Virus record (IMG/VR): IMGVR_UViG_3300043410_000715
Span: 25,711-89,710 of that record
DNA: 64,000 nucleotides
Reading direction: 5' to 3' (one strand)
Source of the DNA: a virus
Taxonomy: Duplodnaviria > Heunggongvirae > Uroviricota > Caudoviricetes
The notes under the pieces were generated by a model that was not told where the DNA came from, searched no databases, and saw only the letters and a list, made by a program, of their open reading frames with translations. A program made the position numbers and the translations under genes. Shown piece after piece: positions 18,462-28,020 of the stretch (position 1 is its first letter; each line of letters begins with the position of its first letter).

Positions 18462-19235
18462 TTATGGGTTTTCTTGTAAAAACCAAGGACAATACTTTTG
18501 AAAAATGTCGTATTTGATATTGTCATAATGTTCAAAAGATTTTTCAACTGTATCGTTATACTCAATTTTTAACCATTTAGCCATCTTTTCCAATGTACGG
18601 TATTTACCGTTTTCTTTAGAAAACAAATGCTTGTATTTTAAATTTAAAATACGTTCACTGTCTTGTAGCGCAGTGCCATAAAATTGTGCATTAATTTTAG
18701 CCCTTAAATACCTATTGGTTAATCCTGTTTTGAGCAGGTATGTGATTCGTTCAGAATCAGATAATAGTTGTTTATCAAAAACTATACCATGAACTGAAAA
18801 CACTCTACGATATGCATATAATAATTGTAGTTCCTCGCTCTCAAGTGGCTTATCATTTACGAATGAATCAATTCTTGGAAAAATGTTTTTTATAATTTGA
18901 TTCAGTAAAATTTCATTGATATCTTCATCATCTACGTTAATAACAATAACTTTGTTATTCTGAAAATAAATATTTTTATCCCAAACAGGAATGTCAGGAA
19001 AGTCATGTGTTATAAATATAGGTACACATTCATACACCATATCAGATTGAGGTTTAAATATCAGTGGATCATCTATTTTTCTAATATATGATTTTTCTTG
19101 GTGAACGTGTGCGGAACCGTACTCAGTGTATTCTATTGGATCATCAATTTTATTGACCATGCCATTTAATACGTTAGCAATCAATCTTCCCCTAGCACCC
19201 GCTGGAAACGATATAGTAAATCCGTTATGATTCAT
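18462..19235 (-). CDS. hypothetical protein, paralogue family (Gly-rich N-terminal loop)
   Basis: 257 aa. N-terminus FTISFPAGARGRLIANVL. Paralogous to 15536-16189 and 16379-17128. Confidence 0.5.
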   Translation of the reverse strand: MNHNGFTISFPAGARGRLIANVLNGMVNKIDDPIEYTEYGSAHVHQEKSYIRKIDDPLIFKPQSDMVYECVPIFITHDFPDIPVWDKNIYFQNNKVIVINVDDEDINEILLNQIIKNIFPRIDSFVNDKPLESEELQLLYAYRRVFSVHGIVFDKQLLSDSERITYLLKTGLTNRYLRAKINAQFYGTALQDSERILNLKYKHLFSKENGKYRTLEKMAKWLKIEYNDTVEKSFEHYDNIKYDIFQKYCPWFLQENP

Positions 19236-19340
19236 TTATCTCTTATTACGCAATATTTGTGTAGGAACCACAAAACATAACCAAAGCCAACTGCGATAAT
19301 TGCCGCACACATATAATTTATAATAGGATCATTTGTCATT
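19232..19340 (-). CDS. small membrane protein (35 aa)
   Basis: Below ORF-track cutoff. Sequence MTNDPIINYMCAAIIAVGFGYVLWFLHKYCVIRDK. AGGAG Shine-Dalgarno 5 nt upstream. Stop overlaps the ATG of 18462-19235. Confidence 0.4.
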
Positions 19341-19348
19341 TTAACTCC

Positions 19349-19807
19349 TTACCAGCACCACCAAAATACAACAGGTTCATCATGGTTAAAATGTTCCGCT
19401 ACAACTTTACGCATAGCATCAACCAAATCATCTGTCCAGTTAGGATCAGTGTGATTGTAATTGCGATAGATATGATTAGCCCATTCACGCAAATGTCCTT
19501 TATACCAATCCCATTCCGTGTCATCAGTCGGGTCATTGAACCACACTGTTTGATAACTATCGTTGTGTAACTTCTCACCCCACAATTCGATGTAAGCATG
19601 CCAATAGTTTCGATAGTCGTTTGATTCTAATACACCTACCCACTTGCCATCTAAGAATGAACCGCCGTGAAGTTGGTCAAGTGGTTCAATACCTTTAGCG
19701 ACAAGTAATTCATTCAAATTGGCACGGAGAACAGGCTCAACATCTTGTTGCCAATCAAATGCTTCAACTGTTTTAGTTTTCATTTTTAACTCCGAAATGT
19801 TCTTCAA
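19349..19807 (-). CDS. hypothetical Trp-rich protein
   Basis: 152-aa ORF. Confidence 0.55.
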   Translation of the reverse strand: MKNISELKMKTKTVEAFDWQQDVEPVLRANLNELLVAKGIEPLDQLHGGSFLDGKWVGVLESNDYRNYWHAYIELWGEKLHNDSYQTVWFNDPTDDTEWDWYKGHLREWANHIYRNYNHTDPNWTDDLVDAMRKVVAEHFNHDEPVVFWWCW

Positions 19808-20003
19808 TCAAACTTGCCGCATAATGATATGGTTCACCTTCACCGGAAAAATAAGTTCCATGTTGAGTCAAAACCCTAGCACATTCCCTAACAATCAATT
19901 CGGCGAACTTTTCATTATAGGTTTCGATCCACTTGTCTACACTAATACCGTGTGGCACACTTTTCTTTGCCTTGTCTGAAAGTTCTTGGATTCGTTCATT
20001 CAT
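19773..20003 (-). CDS. hypothetical protein
   Basis: 76-aa ORF. Confidence 0.45.
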   Translation of the reverse strand: MNERIQELSDKAKKSVPHGISVDKWIETYNEKFAELIVRECARVLTQHGTYFSGEGEPYHYAASLIEEHFGVKNEN

Positions 20004-20093
20004 TTTTTAAATCCAAATAAGTTTCTAAGGTAAATACTGATAATATCAAAATATTTAATATGGCATAACATGTCATAATCACATAGAATAGAA

Positions 20094-21443
20094 TCATTTA
20101 TCGTCCCTAAATCTTACAAAGCGAGGGAATCGCAAACTGTAAGTACCGTCTTGATTCTGTGTAATCACATCGCACAAGATTTCAGCAGTACGACCAATGA
20201 CATAACGGCTATCACGCCAATAAGTATCTCTGTCAGCATCAGAAAAACCACTACCAACATTGACACTAATCTCCTTTCCGTCATCCACACCAGCACAAAC
20301 AAGTGCTCCCAAGCGTCCCTCATTACGTCCAGTACCTTCTTCAACACCGATCACCTCCAAATCTACAGTGATAACAGGCTTCCACTTCATCCAGTCTGTC
20401 GAACGTTTGCACTGATATGGTGCTTCCATTTCTTTAATCATAATGCCTTCAAAGCCTGCTTTGACATTATCTTGTGCATAACGTTCAAGTTGGTCACGAC
20501 CTGCGGCAGTGTCTAAGTCAACCATGATATGTGGCAACAATTCAACGTTGGTTAGATTGTCAACGACTGGTCGCATAGCATCAAGCAATGCAATACGCTT
20601 ACGCAACTGAGCATTCCAATGACCACGACGGAAGTCATCAAGAGGAACAATGTCAAACACATTGAGAACAGAATCCTCAGCTTGAACAGCAGTTTTGCGG
20701 CGTGCTTGTCGCATCAACTCTTGGAAGCTGTTGCCGATCACTTCACCGTCAAGTACGAAACCGTTAACGAGACTGCGACCTTGATCCACACCGTTGCAAG
20801 CACGAACAATCTTCACATAACTTTTCTGGAGTTGTTCTTCAATGTGAGTAAAGTTATCAAACACTTTACCATTGCGACTGAAACAAATTACAGTCACTTC
20901 ACCGTCATCAGCAGGGATGACCATGAACAACGCACGAACACCATCCAACTTAGGCTCAAGTCGTTTAGTGCCCTTCATTTCGGGGCGCCCTTCACTGTTA
21001 GTTGCTAGTTGACAACCAAAGACTGGAATCTCATAGTCAGTCTTTTTACAGATTTTATTGATTGTAGTAGAACTAATACCGCATCGCATGTCACGGCGTA
21101 GTACAGGGGCTAAGAATGTGTTCCATTCTTCACTATCAAACAATTCCATTGTTGCTTGAATAGCATCACGTGCGGCGTGACCTGTCAACTTACGTTGTGA
21201 CAAGTCTAACATTAACTCATTGAATTGATCCCAAGGATTCTCTGCACCAGTGATTCCAATTGATTCAGGGATTTGCTTAACACCAAATGTCACGTAGGGA
21301 TTGTAGCAGGCTTTGAGAAAGCCCAAGAAAATCTTAGCATTGATAGAGCCAAGAACAGTTGCCTCAAGTGCTTGTTTGAGCACATCTTCTTTATGAAGGC
21401 GACTGTCACTTTCATTCAACTTACGAATCCACGATGCCGACAT
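20094..21443 (-). CDS. ATP-dependent DNA ligase
   Basis: 449 aa. Adenylation motif I KLDGVRA (EPKLDGVRALFMV) plus nucleotidyltransferase motifs of the T4 gp30 / T7 ligase family downstream. Confidence 0.85.
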   Translation of the reverse strand: MSASWIRKLNESDSRLHKEDVLKQALEATVLGSINAKIFLGFLKACYNPYVTFGVKQIPESIGITGAENPWDQFNELMLDLSQRKLTGHAARDAIQATMELFDSEEWNTFLAPVLRRDMRCGISSTTINKICKKTDYEIPVFGCQLATNSEGRPEMKGTKRLEPKLDGVRALFMVIPADDGEVTVICFSRNGKVFDNFTHIEEQLQKSYVKIVRACNGVDQGRSLVNGFVLDGEVIGNSFQELMRQARRKTAVQAEDSVLNVFDIVPLDDFRRGHWNAQLRKRIALLDAMRPVVDNLTNVELLPHIMVDLDTAAGRDQLERYAQDNVKAGFEGIMIKEMEAPYQCKRSTDWMKWKPVITVDLEVIGVEEGTGRNEGRLGALVCAGVDDGKEISVNVGSGFSDADRDTYWRDSRYVIGRTAEILCDVITQNQDGTYSLRFPRFVRFRDDK

Positions 21444-21468
21444 TTTTACTCCTGTTAATTTAGCCTAT

Positions 21469-21497
21469 AGTATATCACGTTGAAAATTATTTGTCAA
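21469..21497 (-). promoter_or_regulatory. sigma70-type promoter TTGACA-N17-TATACT upstream of ligase
   Basis: Minus strand reads TTGACAAATAATTTTCAACGTGATATACT. The -35 is at 21492-21497 and the -10 at 21469-21474. Confidence 0.6.
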
Positions 21498-21705
21498 CGT
21501 TTTCCTGTGGTTCATCTTTGTTGCGACTTTTGCATTCCTCGGACACTTCAGGCGGCACGTTGTCGTATGCATCTAGGATAGAACAACGATATTCGATGGT
21601 AACACTATCAGGGTCAAAATCTTCTTCATCACCTTGTAACCAAAAAACAATAATTCCCAAAGTGAGAATAGTAATAATAATATTTTTAAACATATTCATG
21701 TACAT
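21487..21705 (-). CDS. small membrane protein with acidic C-terminal tail
   Basis: 72 aa. One TM helix (IIITILTLGIIVFWL). Confidence 0.45.
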   Translation of the reverse strand: MYMNMFKNIIITILTLGIIVFWLQGDEEDFDPDSVTIEYRCSILDAYDNVPPEVSEECKSRNKDEPQENVDK

Positions 21706-22217
21706 AACTTCTTAAATGTTTTTACTTCATAACCCCAAACTTCTGCGGTCGTTGTGCTACGATGCAATTGAGGCTTTCCCCCGTGCTTACTAAAACGAAT
21801 ACGTAATGCAGTTTCACGGCGCTTTTGAGAAACGCCTATGTAAAATTCGGGCGGAATACGGAAGTAAAAAACTTCACTGGTCATGGGTTCAACTACGACT
21901 ACACGTAATACACCTTTTTTGTTTTTTGTACTAAACCCTGCCCCTCGATTAGGTTTAAGTTTAGTACCTTGATTAACGACAGTGACCTTTTTACTGTCAC
22001 TACCATCTTCAAAATCCATGCCAGTGATATCAACACGTTTAATTTTACCTACACGTGCAATAGCATTTTCTACAAGACTTTCCATAGCAAGGTCACCACG
22101 CCGTACAGCCTTAAGAAGAATAGGTAGTTCATGCTTAGTGTAGCCAGCGTGGCTATAGATATGATTCAATAGAATCTCATCTGCCTTGAATGAATCGACT
22201 GAGAATTTAGATGCCAT
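21696..22217 (-). CDS. hypothetical protein
   Basis: 173-aa ORF. Confidence 0.55.
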   Translation of the reverse strand: MASKFSVDSFKADEILLNHIYSHAGYTKHELPILLKAVRRGDLAMESLVENAIARVGKIKRVDITGMDFEDGSDSKKVTVVNQGTKLKPNRGAGFSTKNKKGVLRVVVVEPMTSEVFYFRIPPEFYIGVSQKRRETALRIRFSKHGGKPQLHRSTTTAEVWGYEVKTFKKLCT

Positions 22218-22218
22218 A

Positions 22219-22689
22219 TTACCAACTTGAGTTATAAAATACTTTGAGTCCTAAAAAGATTTCTGCCTTAGCATCAGCACAGAATTTCAAATCTTCTTCA
22301 AAATAAACATTATCAGCAGGCTTACCAAAGAAAAAACCTTCAGTGAAGGGCAAGTTACCTGAACGTACAGCACGTTCTAAGTTATCAATATCTTCCCAAG
22401 TCAATTCAAGTTCAACACCATTGAACACTTTGTCAGTGCGTGTGTTATCACGATCTAGCCAAAGTTGTTCCATCCAACCATGTAAACTAGGATGCTTACG
22501 CCAGTATGCGATTTCAATAGGCTTACTTACACCACCTGCAGGTATAATCCAATCACCTGTCTTTGAATCATACTGAAGACCATCTTGGTCATAAAATTCA
22601 TCACGTTGACCCGGACGACCAACATAAGCGTACATATCTAAACCCATTTTATCCTCCAATTGCTTTCGTTTGAACTTCACTTGCCGCAC
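22219..22689 (-). CDS. hypothetical protein
   Basis: 156-aa ORF. Confidence 0.55.
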   Translation of the reverse strand: MRQVKFKRKQLEDKMGLDMYAYVGRPGQRDEFYDQDGLQYDSKTGDWIIPAGGVSKPIEIAYWRKHPSLHGWMEQLWLDRDNTRTDKVFNGVELELTWEDIDNLERAVRSGNLPFTEGFFFGKPADNVYFEEDLKFCADAKAEIFLGLKVFYNSSW

Positions 22690-22831
22690 AATTTGATAAT
22701 GTCATCAGCAGGCATACTTGCTTTGATGGCTTCTGTCTTACATGTACCTTTTGCGTTCTCGGACACTATGACAGGTGAGAACATACCTACAACAAGAACC
22801 ATGAGAAAAATCATTGCCCACTTATCCATTA
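22679..22831 (-). CDS. small membrane/secreted protein (50 aa)
   Basis: Below cutoff. Sequence MDKWAMIFLMVLVVGMFSPVIVSENAKGTCK.... AGGAG Shine-Dalgarno 7 nt upstream. Overlaps the downstream gene start. Confidence 0.4.
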
Positions 22832-22958
22832 CTTTGCTCCTTCAACTGCAATAGCTTTTGTTTTCTCTACGCCGTTGTCAAGCATTTTAGCAATACCTGA
22901 GAAGCCTACAGTAGACACAACGATACCAAAGATTGTACCAAGAATAAAATTACGCATT
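22831..22958 (-). CDS. small membrane protein (41 aa)
   Basis: Below cutoff. Sequence MRNFILGTIFGIVVSTVGFSGIAKML.... AAGGAGAT Shine-Dalgarno 6 nt upstream. Its stop overlaps the next ATG as TAATG. Confidence 0.4.
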
Positions 22959-23052
22959 TTCGATCTCCTTTACAGTAAAGCCTTGTTCAGCCAAAATGTC
23001 TGCCTCGTATCGGTCAGAGCAATTGAACAAGAATAAATCACCATCATAGATT

Positions 23053-23823
23053 TCAAACATTTTCAATTACCTTTACACGATTAAGTTGAGTTGCATTATC
23101 TCGGTGAGATTTAACCTTCCCCTCAATTGTAACATACTCTCCGATTTTTAACTCACCTTTGTGAGCAAAAAACAACACCTGATCTTCTTTAGTCAAACCA
23201 GTGTAGTACCAAGTGTTCCATTTCTCTGACCAAATGCGTTTAACAAGTTCGATGGTTTCATTAACCGTGTCACCTTCTGCACCGATTAGTCCACCTTGTG
23301 CCCATTTGATTTTACGTTCAACATTATCACGTTCGGTCATCTTTGCGTATGTTGCAGGTAAACTTGCAATCGTGCCGATGCCTAGATTGTTGGTAATCGT
23401 TTCATTACCCGCAATTTCCATTGTATTACGCAAGAAGGGACTGAGAGTTTGACCTTCAAGTAGTTTAAAAGTAATGCCCTTGAAGTATAAGCGCATCTTG
23501 CGACCTTCTTCAAGGTCAGCTTCAAGTAGTGGAACATTGTCTTGCAACAGTTGTTCCATCAATTGCCTATTAGTGCTTTGATTAGTGCCTGGTGCAATTG
23601 CTTTTACATAACCTTTGTTGGCACGAAACGCAACAACAGCCGCACCCCACACTCGGTCGGCATCATAGCTGAAAGCTGGTTTCTTGGGTGCGGCTCTACG
23701 ATACGCACTTTTGTTACGATAGAGGTAAGTCTTTTTATTAGTTTCCTCGTCATAGTCATCGGCGTGACCAAGACGGCGAACTTCTTCGCTAGTCATGTTT
23801 GATACGTCAATAAAACCAGGCAT
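23053..23823 (-). CDS. hypothetical protein
   Basis: 256-aa ORF. Confidence 0.55.
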   Translation of the reverse strand: MPGFIDVSNMTSEEVRRLGHADDYDEETNKKTYLYRNKSAYRRAAPKKPAFSYDADRVWGAAVVAFRANKGYVKAIAPGTNQSTNRQLMEQLLQDNVPLLEADLEEGRKMRLYFKGITFKLLEGQTLSPFLRNTMEIAGNETITNNLGIGTIASLPATYAKMTERDNVERKIKWAQGGLIGAEGDTVNETIELVKRIWSEKWNTWYYTGLTKEDQVLFFAHKGELKIGEYVTIEGKVKSHRDNATQLNRVKVIENV

Positions 23824-23832
23824 CTTATTTCC

Positions 23833-24048
23833 TTACAGATAGTGTTCGTAAGCCATTTCGTTGACTACATCCGGATTGTCTTCGGTGAGTTGTTCGAGTT
23901 CTTCATCGGACAATTCTTCTAGCGTATCTTTAAAGACAGCATGAGAAAAATATGCATCACAAAAATCTGGGTAATCACGGCTATCAACACCGTCAATCTC
24001 AACATCAACAACAACACGACCTTTTAACAACATATAATTCCTTTTCAT
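23833..24048 (-). CDS. hypothetical acidic protein
   Basis: 71-aa ORF downstream of the promoter copy at 24060-24088. Confidence 0.5.
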   Translation of the reverse strand: MKRNYMLLKGRVVVDVEIDGVDSRDYPDFCDAYFSHAVFKDTLEELSDEELEQLTEDNPDVVNEMAYEHYL

Positions 24049-24059
24049 TCAATACAAGT

Positions 24060-24088
24060 ATTATACGCCCAAAATGATTATTTGTCAA
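24060..24088 (-). promoter_or_regulatory. sigma70-type promoter TTGACA-N17-TATAAT (repeat family)
   Basis: Minus strand reads TTGACAAATAATCATTTTGGGCGTATAAT. Confidence 0.65.
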
Positions 24089-24089
24089 A

Positions 24090-24416
24090 TTATTTTACAC
24101 GATAAATGATAGCATCTTGCTTGGTTTGAACTTTTTCAATACCTTCCAAATGCCAATCTTGCTCAAGCAAACGCAAATTCTTACGGTCACGTATCATTGG
24201 CTTGTGAACTTTCACACGAATCCATTTTTGACAGTTATCAATAGTAACGGCTTCGCAAGCATAGACCATTTCAAGGGCTAGCTTGACACGTTCGGCTTTT
24301 AGTTTTTGACTATCAGTAAAACGACTTGCATTGACTGCGCTTTTCATACTTGCATCACGTGCGGCAAAGAATGCAAAACGACCAGCTGATTTGTGTTCTG
24401 TTTCAGTTACAACCAT
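24090..24416 (-). CDS. hypothetical protein
   Basis: 108-aa ORF. Confidence 0.5.
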   Translation of the reverse strand: MVVTETEHKSAGRFAFFAARDASMKSAVNASRFTDSQKLKAERVKLALEMVYACEAVTIDNCQKWIRVKVHKPMIRDRKNLRLLEQDWHLEGIEKVQTKQDAIIYRVK

Positions 24417-24427
24417 GTGATGCTCCT

Positions 24428-25054
24428 TTAATCAATCAATAAGTCAATTGTATAGCCAAAGTGATTTATTGTCAAGTTTCGGGAATTATTATTTTGTAGT
24501 ACTAAAGTATTCATCCAGGGAGCCATGATTTCCTTCTTGTTTTTCAACGCTGACAGGAAGAAGGAACGTACATCATCGGGTATTTCTTTGTTGAGAATTT
24601 GACTAATCTGTGACAAAACTTTCTCAGGGTCTGTTACGATATCTTCAAGTTTGATTTCATGTCTAGGGCAATTATCATTGTTGATTCGTTTTTCTAATTC
24701 AACAAACAACCCGTTCAATGGTTCTTTTGCACCAATATGTTTATGACTGACTAAAACATGTCTAGCCCAACGTTCGGGCGTGATATCTTCTTTACATGAT
24801 ATGTCACCTTCACCGACCCAATGTCTTTTCCAATCAGTGAAGTTAGAGGGTGTTAATTTACGAACGTGTGAAAGAAAATGTGAGGTCATCGTCCAAGCAA
24901 AACCTCCATGACCATATGAAACAATGATTGCAGTTTGATGGTCAGATAATGGTTTGCTCACGTTGTATGTAGCTGAAACTCCTAGCTTGTGAAATGTTTC
25001 AACTAGAAAAGGATCGACGGCACCACTGATACCTATTATTGAGTACTGTTCCAT
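24428..25054 (-). CDS. hypothetical protein
   Basis: 208-aa ORF. Confidence 0.5.
   Translation of the reverse strand: MEQYSIIGISGAVDPFLVETFHKLGVSATYNVSKPLSDHQTAIIVSYGHGGFAWTMTSHFLSHVRKLTPSNFTDWKRHWVGEGDISCKEDITPERWARHVLVSHKHIGAKEPLNGLFVELEKRINNDNCPRHEIKLEDIVTDPEKVLSQISQILNKEIPDDVRSFFLSALKNKKEIMAPWMNTLVLQNNNSRNLTINHFGYTIDLLID
24437..24465 (-). promoter_or_regulatory. sigma70-type promoter TTGACA-N17-TACAAT (repeat family)
   Basis: Minus strand reads TTGACAATAAATCACTTTGGCTATACAAT. Confidence 0.6.
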
Positions 25055-25057
25055 GCA

Positions 25058-26323
25058 TTATTTAGCGAACCAATATTTAACAATATTCTCAGCAGGCTTT
25101 CCTCTAATGCTTTGTGATAGATTAGGAAATCCCTCTGATCCAGCAGTCAATGTATCAGTATGCCAATATCCTGTACTGAAATTAACTCCATACGTTTTGA
25201 AATATGTTTGTTCTTTGATAGCTTGAAATGCACCTTCAACTGCTAATGCTTGAATACTAAAATCAGTTACGTAAGTATTCTGAATACAATTATTAACACA
25301 AAAGCCATCTTCAACCCAACCTTGACTTAATGCTTTATCTCGGCTTTGAATGTTAAAGTCCCAAATGACAGGGATATTAGCAGGAAGCATATTTGAGTAC
25401 AAACTAAAATCTAAATACTTCCCGATAATCGCATCACGGTATCTATCTTTCAATAGACTAACTGAGATATTACTATCGTCAACAAAACTCCAATTACTAG
25501 GACTCAATGGAATTACAATAGCATCAACTTTTTCAATGATGCGTCTGTCATAGAATCGAGGAGTACCCATGAATAGTTTTCCGTTGAATACTGTGCGAAT
25601 GTCATCAATGATACTGATAAACTCTAATGTAGCTGATTCAGTATATGTGGTGACGATAGGATAATGAAACGCACTCCATTGAATATACAAATTGTCAACA
25701 CTATTCGTATTACTGAATCTAGCCATGTCCATAATGATATTATGCCAGCCACGTAATACTCTGAGCATTTCAGCCTCGGTCGGGTTCGTTGTATTGATTT
25801 GATTACCGAGACTGTCATTCGGCCACAACTGCCATACTAATGTTACTTTAATATTTCTACTGTGAGCCTCTTGAATAAACCAAATCAATTCATTCTTGGG
25901 AATTTGCCAACTAGCTTCATTGCTAGTCCAAACAGCGTCATTGAAATTAGTTACCGGACCATATTGGTAAATCTCTACAGTATCGACATTATCAATTTGA
26001 AGTTTGTCTAGTGTTTTCTTGTAAAGTAAACGTGAATGTTCTGCTACTGTATTACATCCGTTATTATCACCAGGGTAATAATCTTTCACACCTATGCTAC
26101 GCATCACGTTATTAGCAAAACGTTGGGTGGGTGTGGGAATTAAATTTGACCCATTGTAGTCATTGGGATAAGTCGTTGAATATGTTTTAAGTGTGCAACT
26201 TACAACTGATGTTGCAACTGCACCTGAAGTGCCACCACCGCCTCCACCGCATGCTGAAAGTAATAGAGTAGCAATTAAAAATAATGTACGCATAGGAAAA
26301 CCCATAGTGTGTCTGTATTGCAT
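25058..26323 (-). CDS. secreted lipoprotein (function unknown)
   Basis: 421-aa ORF. The true start is probably Met7 or Met11 (MRTLFLIATLLLSACGGGGGG, lipobox LSAC), because a -10 element overlaps the first listed codons. Confidence 0.55.
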   Translation of the reverse strand: MQYRHTMGFPMRTLFLIATLLLSACGGGGGGTSGAVATSVVSCTLKTYSTTYPNDYNGSNLIPTPTQRFANNVMRSIGVKDYYPGDNNGCNTVAEHSRLLYKKTLDKLQIDNVDTVEIYQYGPVTNFNDAVWTSNEASWQIPKNELIWFIQEAHSRNIKVTLVWQLWPNDSLGNQINTTNPTEAEMLRVLRGWHNIIMDMARFSNTNSVDNLYIQWSAFHYPIVTTYTESATLEFISIIDDIRTVFNGKLFMGTPRFYDRRIIEKVDAIVIPLSPSNWSFVDDSNISVSLLKDRYRDAIIGKYLDFSLYSNMLPANIPVIWDFNIQSRDKALSQGWVEDGFCVNNCIQNTYVTDFSIQALAVEGAFQAIKEQTYFKTYGVNFSTGYWHTDTLTAGSEGFPNLSQSIRGKPAENIVKYWFAK

Positions 26324-26351
26324 TATGACACACTATGGGGTTTATTGTCAA
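26322..26351 (-). promoter_or_regulatory. sigma70-type promoter TTGACA-N18-CATAAT (repeat family)
   Basis: Minus strand reads TTGACAATAAACCCCATAGTGTGTCATAAT. Confidence 0.5.
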
Positions 26352-26364
26352 ATAATAAAAAGTA

Positions 26365-26634
26365 TTACTTTTTACTTTGTCCTTGGTTTACAAATGTATA
26401 CATTTTTTCAGCAGTTTCTAGGATCTTATCTAGACCAGGAAACTCTGGCATTGCAACTGTATTAACAATTTGACCTGTCTTTTCGTCACGTGTAGCAGTC
26501 ATTTCCCAACCTTGATACTTCATAGAGTATTCTGATTGAACCATGTCTTTAGCCATTGCTAGAATGTCTGTGCGGATTTCATATCCGTTTTTGTTGAATT
26601 TTACTTCTGGTAGTTTTGGTGTTAAGTCTGACAT
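26365..26634 (-). CDS. hypothetical protein
   Basis: 89-aa ORF. Confidence 0.5.
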   Translation of the reverse strand: MSDLTPKLPEVKFNKNGYEIRTDILAMAKDMVQSEYSMKYQGWEMTATRDEKTGQIVNTVAMPEFPGLDKILETAEKMYTFVNQGQSKK

Positions 26635-26651
26635 TTTTTTCTCCTGTGTGT

Positions 26652-26680
26652 AATTATGTCTGTTTTACGATTTTTAATCA
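26652..26680 (-). promoter_or_regulatory. sigma70-type promoter TTGATT-N17-CATAAT (diverged repeat family member)
   Basis: Minus strand reads TTGATTAAAAATCGTAAAACAGACATAAT. It shares the AAATCGT spacer core with the consensus family. Confidence 0.45.
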
Positions 26681-27256
26681 ATCGAAATGGTGAGAAGGAT
26701 TGATCCACAAACTTGCGAGTTTACCTCGTAGTCTATTAATCTCACTTACTATCTCAGCCTGCTCTTTGAACAACTGTGTGTTCACTTCTACAAAGTTAGG
26801 CTCTGGAACTTCAATAGCTGCCGTTCTTTCACCATCACCTTTGTCTCTAGTTTTCAACTCATGCTTTTGAGCAAGGTGTTGAATAACTCTGTTGTTCTCA
26901 ATACAGTGCATGTAAACTTCTGGTATTGAATGAAACTTAGACCATACAAGCATTTCTTTCATCAACATGTTTGCAACGCCTTGACGTTGATATTCAACAT
27001 CAACTGACACTGCAAGTTCCCATGAACCATCTTGATTCTTTGCCATGTGACCCCAGCCAACACGACTATCATCATTTCTAGCAAACCACAATTCGTGGTC
27101 TTTAGGATGATAACACATCTGTAAGATAAATTGGTCTATGTTATAGTCACTTGCGTGATAACCAAAGCGAGAATAACGATCCTCTTCACTAAGGTTCTTC
27201 AAGTGTCTAGCATAGTCACTAATCTTATAGATGTTGCCGTGCTGAACAGTAATCAT
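26678..27256 (-). CDS. GNAT family N-acetyltransferase
   Basis: 192 aa. Acetyl-CoA binding motif A (QRQGVANMLMKEM, Q/RxxGxG/A pattern). Confidence 0.6.
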   Translation of the reverse strand: MITVQHGNIYKISDYARHLKNLSEEDRYSRFGYHASDYNIDQFILQMCYHPKDHELWFARNDDSRVGWGHMAKNQDGSWELAVSVDVEYQRQGVANMLMKEMLVWSKFHSIPEVYMHCIENNRVIQHLAQKHELKTRDKGDGERTAAIEVPEPNFVEVNTQLFKEQAEIVSEINRLRGKLASLWINPSHHFD

Positions 27257-27514
27257 TTAAATTTCACCTCTAGAAACTTTGAGGTTGTATTCAGCAGTCA
27301 AACGGTCAACATCACCTGAATGTTGTGGATTGTTATCTGCGATATATTGCTCAAGGCTAGAACCATAAGAACTAGCCTTAGCAGACTTTGCCACATACAC
27401 CCCGGCTACTGCTAAGACTAGCATTAGTAGGATGATGAACATATTACTTAGCCTTCTTACTTGTTGGCTTAGCGCAAGCGGCTGTAGGGAAGTATGATTG
27501 CAATGTCTCAGCAA
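27257..27514 (-). CDS. small membrane protein
   Basis: 85 aa. One TM helix (FIILLMLVLAVAGVYVA). Confidence 0.45.
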   Translation of the reverse strand: MLRHCNHTSLQPLALSQQVRRLSNMFIILLMLVLAVAGVYVAKSAKASSYGSSLEQYIADNNPQHSGDVDRLTAEYNLKVSRGEI

Positions 27515-27728
27515 ACTTTACATAAGGTGTGCGGTCTGTGAAAACTTCAGTTACTTTAGTGAAAGCAACAGAGCCAGCAGTGATAGCGTCTTTTGTGTAT
27601 TGAGTTTGTGCGTCAACGAAACTGTTCAAAGCACTTTTGATTTGCTCTTGTGGAACGAAAGTGGAAACGAATTGCTTTTTAGCAGATTGAACGCCGTCTA
27701 CGGCTTGGAATGCGAATGAATTAAACAT
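27444..27728 (-). CDS. hypothetical protein
   Basis: 94-aa ORF. Its C-terminus overlaps 27257-27514 by 71 nt, so one of the two starts may be wrong. Confidence 0.4.
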   Translation of the reverse strand: MFNSFAFQAVDGVQSAKKQFVSTFVPQEQIKSALNSFVDAQTQYTKDAITAGSVAFTKVTEVFTDRTPYVKFAETLQSYFPTAACAKPTSKKAK

Positions 27729-28020
27729 AATTTTCTCCTGTGTTAATGTGTGTTTAAAAATCAGTTTTTACAGAACTGTAACTGACATAGTATTTAGTGC
27801 CTATGTAACTCTATTATAATATATTTCTTTATATTTTTTTAGAGCTTTGACTCTAGCCAAAAATAGTCGAAATTTAATCTCATCTGAGAGTTCCATATCG
27901 TCTATCTCATCTTCCAATTCATTGAATCGGTGTTCTCTGCGATAGAACGTTATTAGATCCTCGTCATCAATAGTGCTGTTTGGGTCAGCACCACTGATGA
28001 TTAGAGATTTTCTAAGAGGA

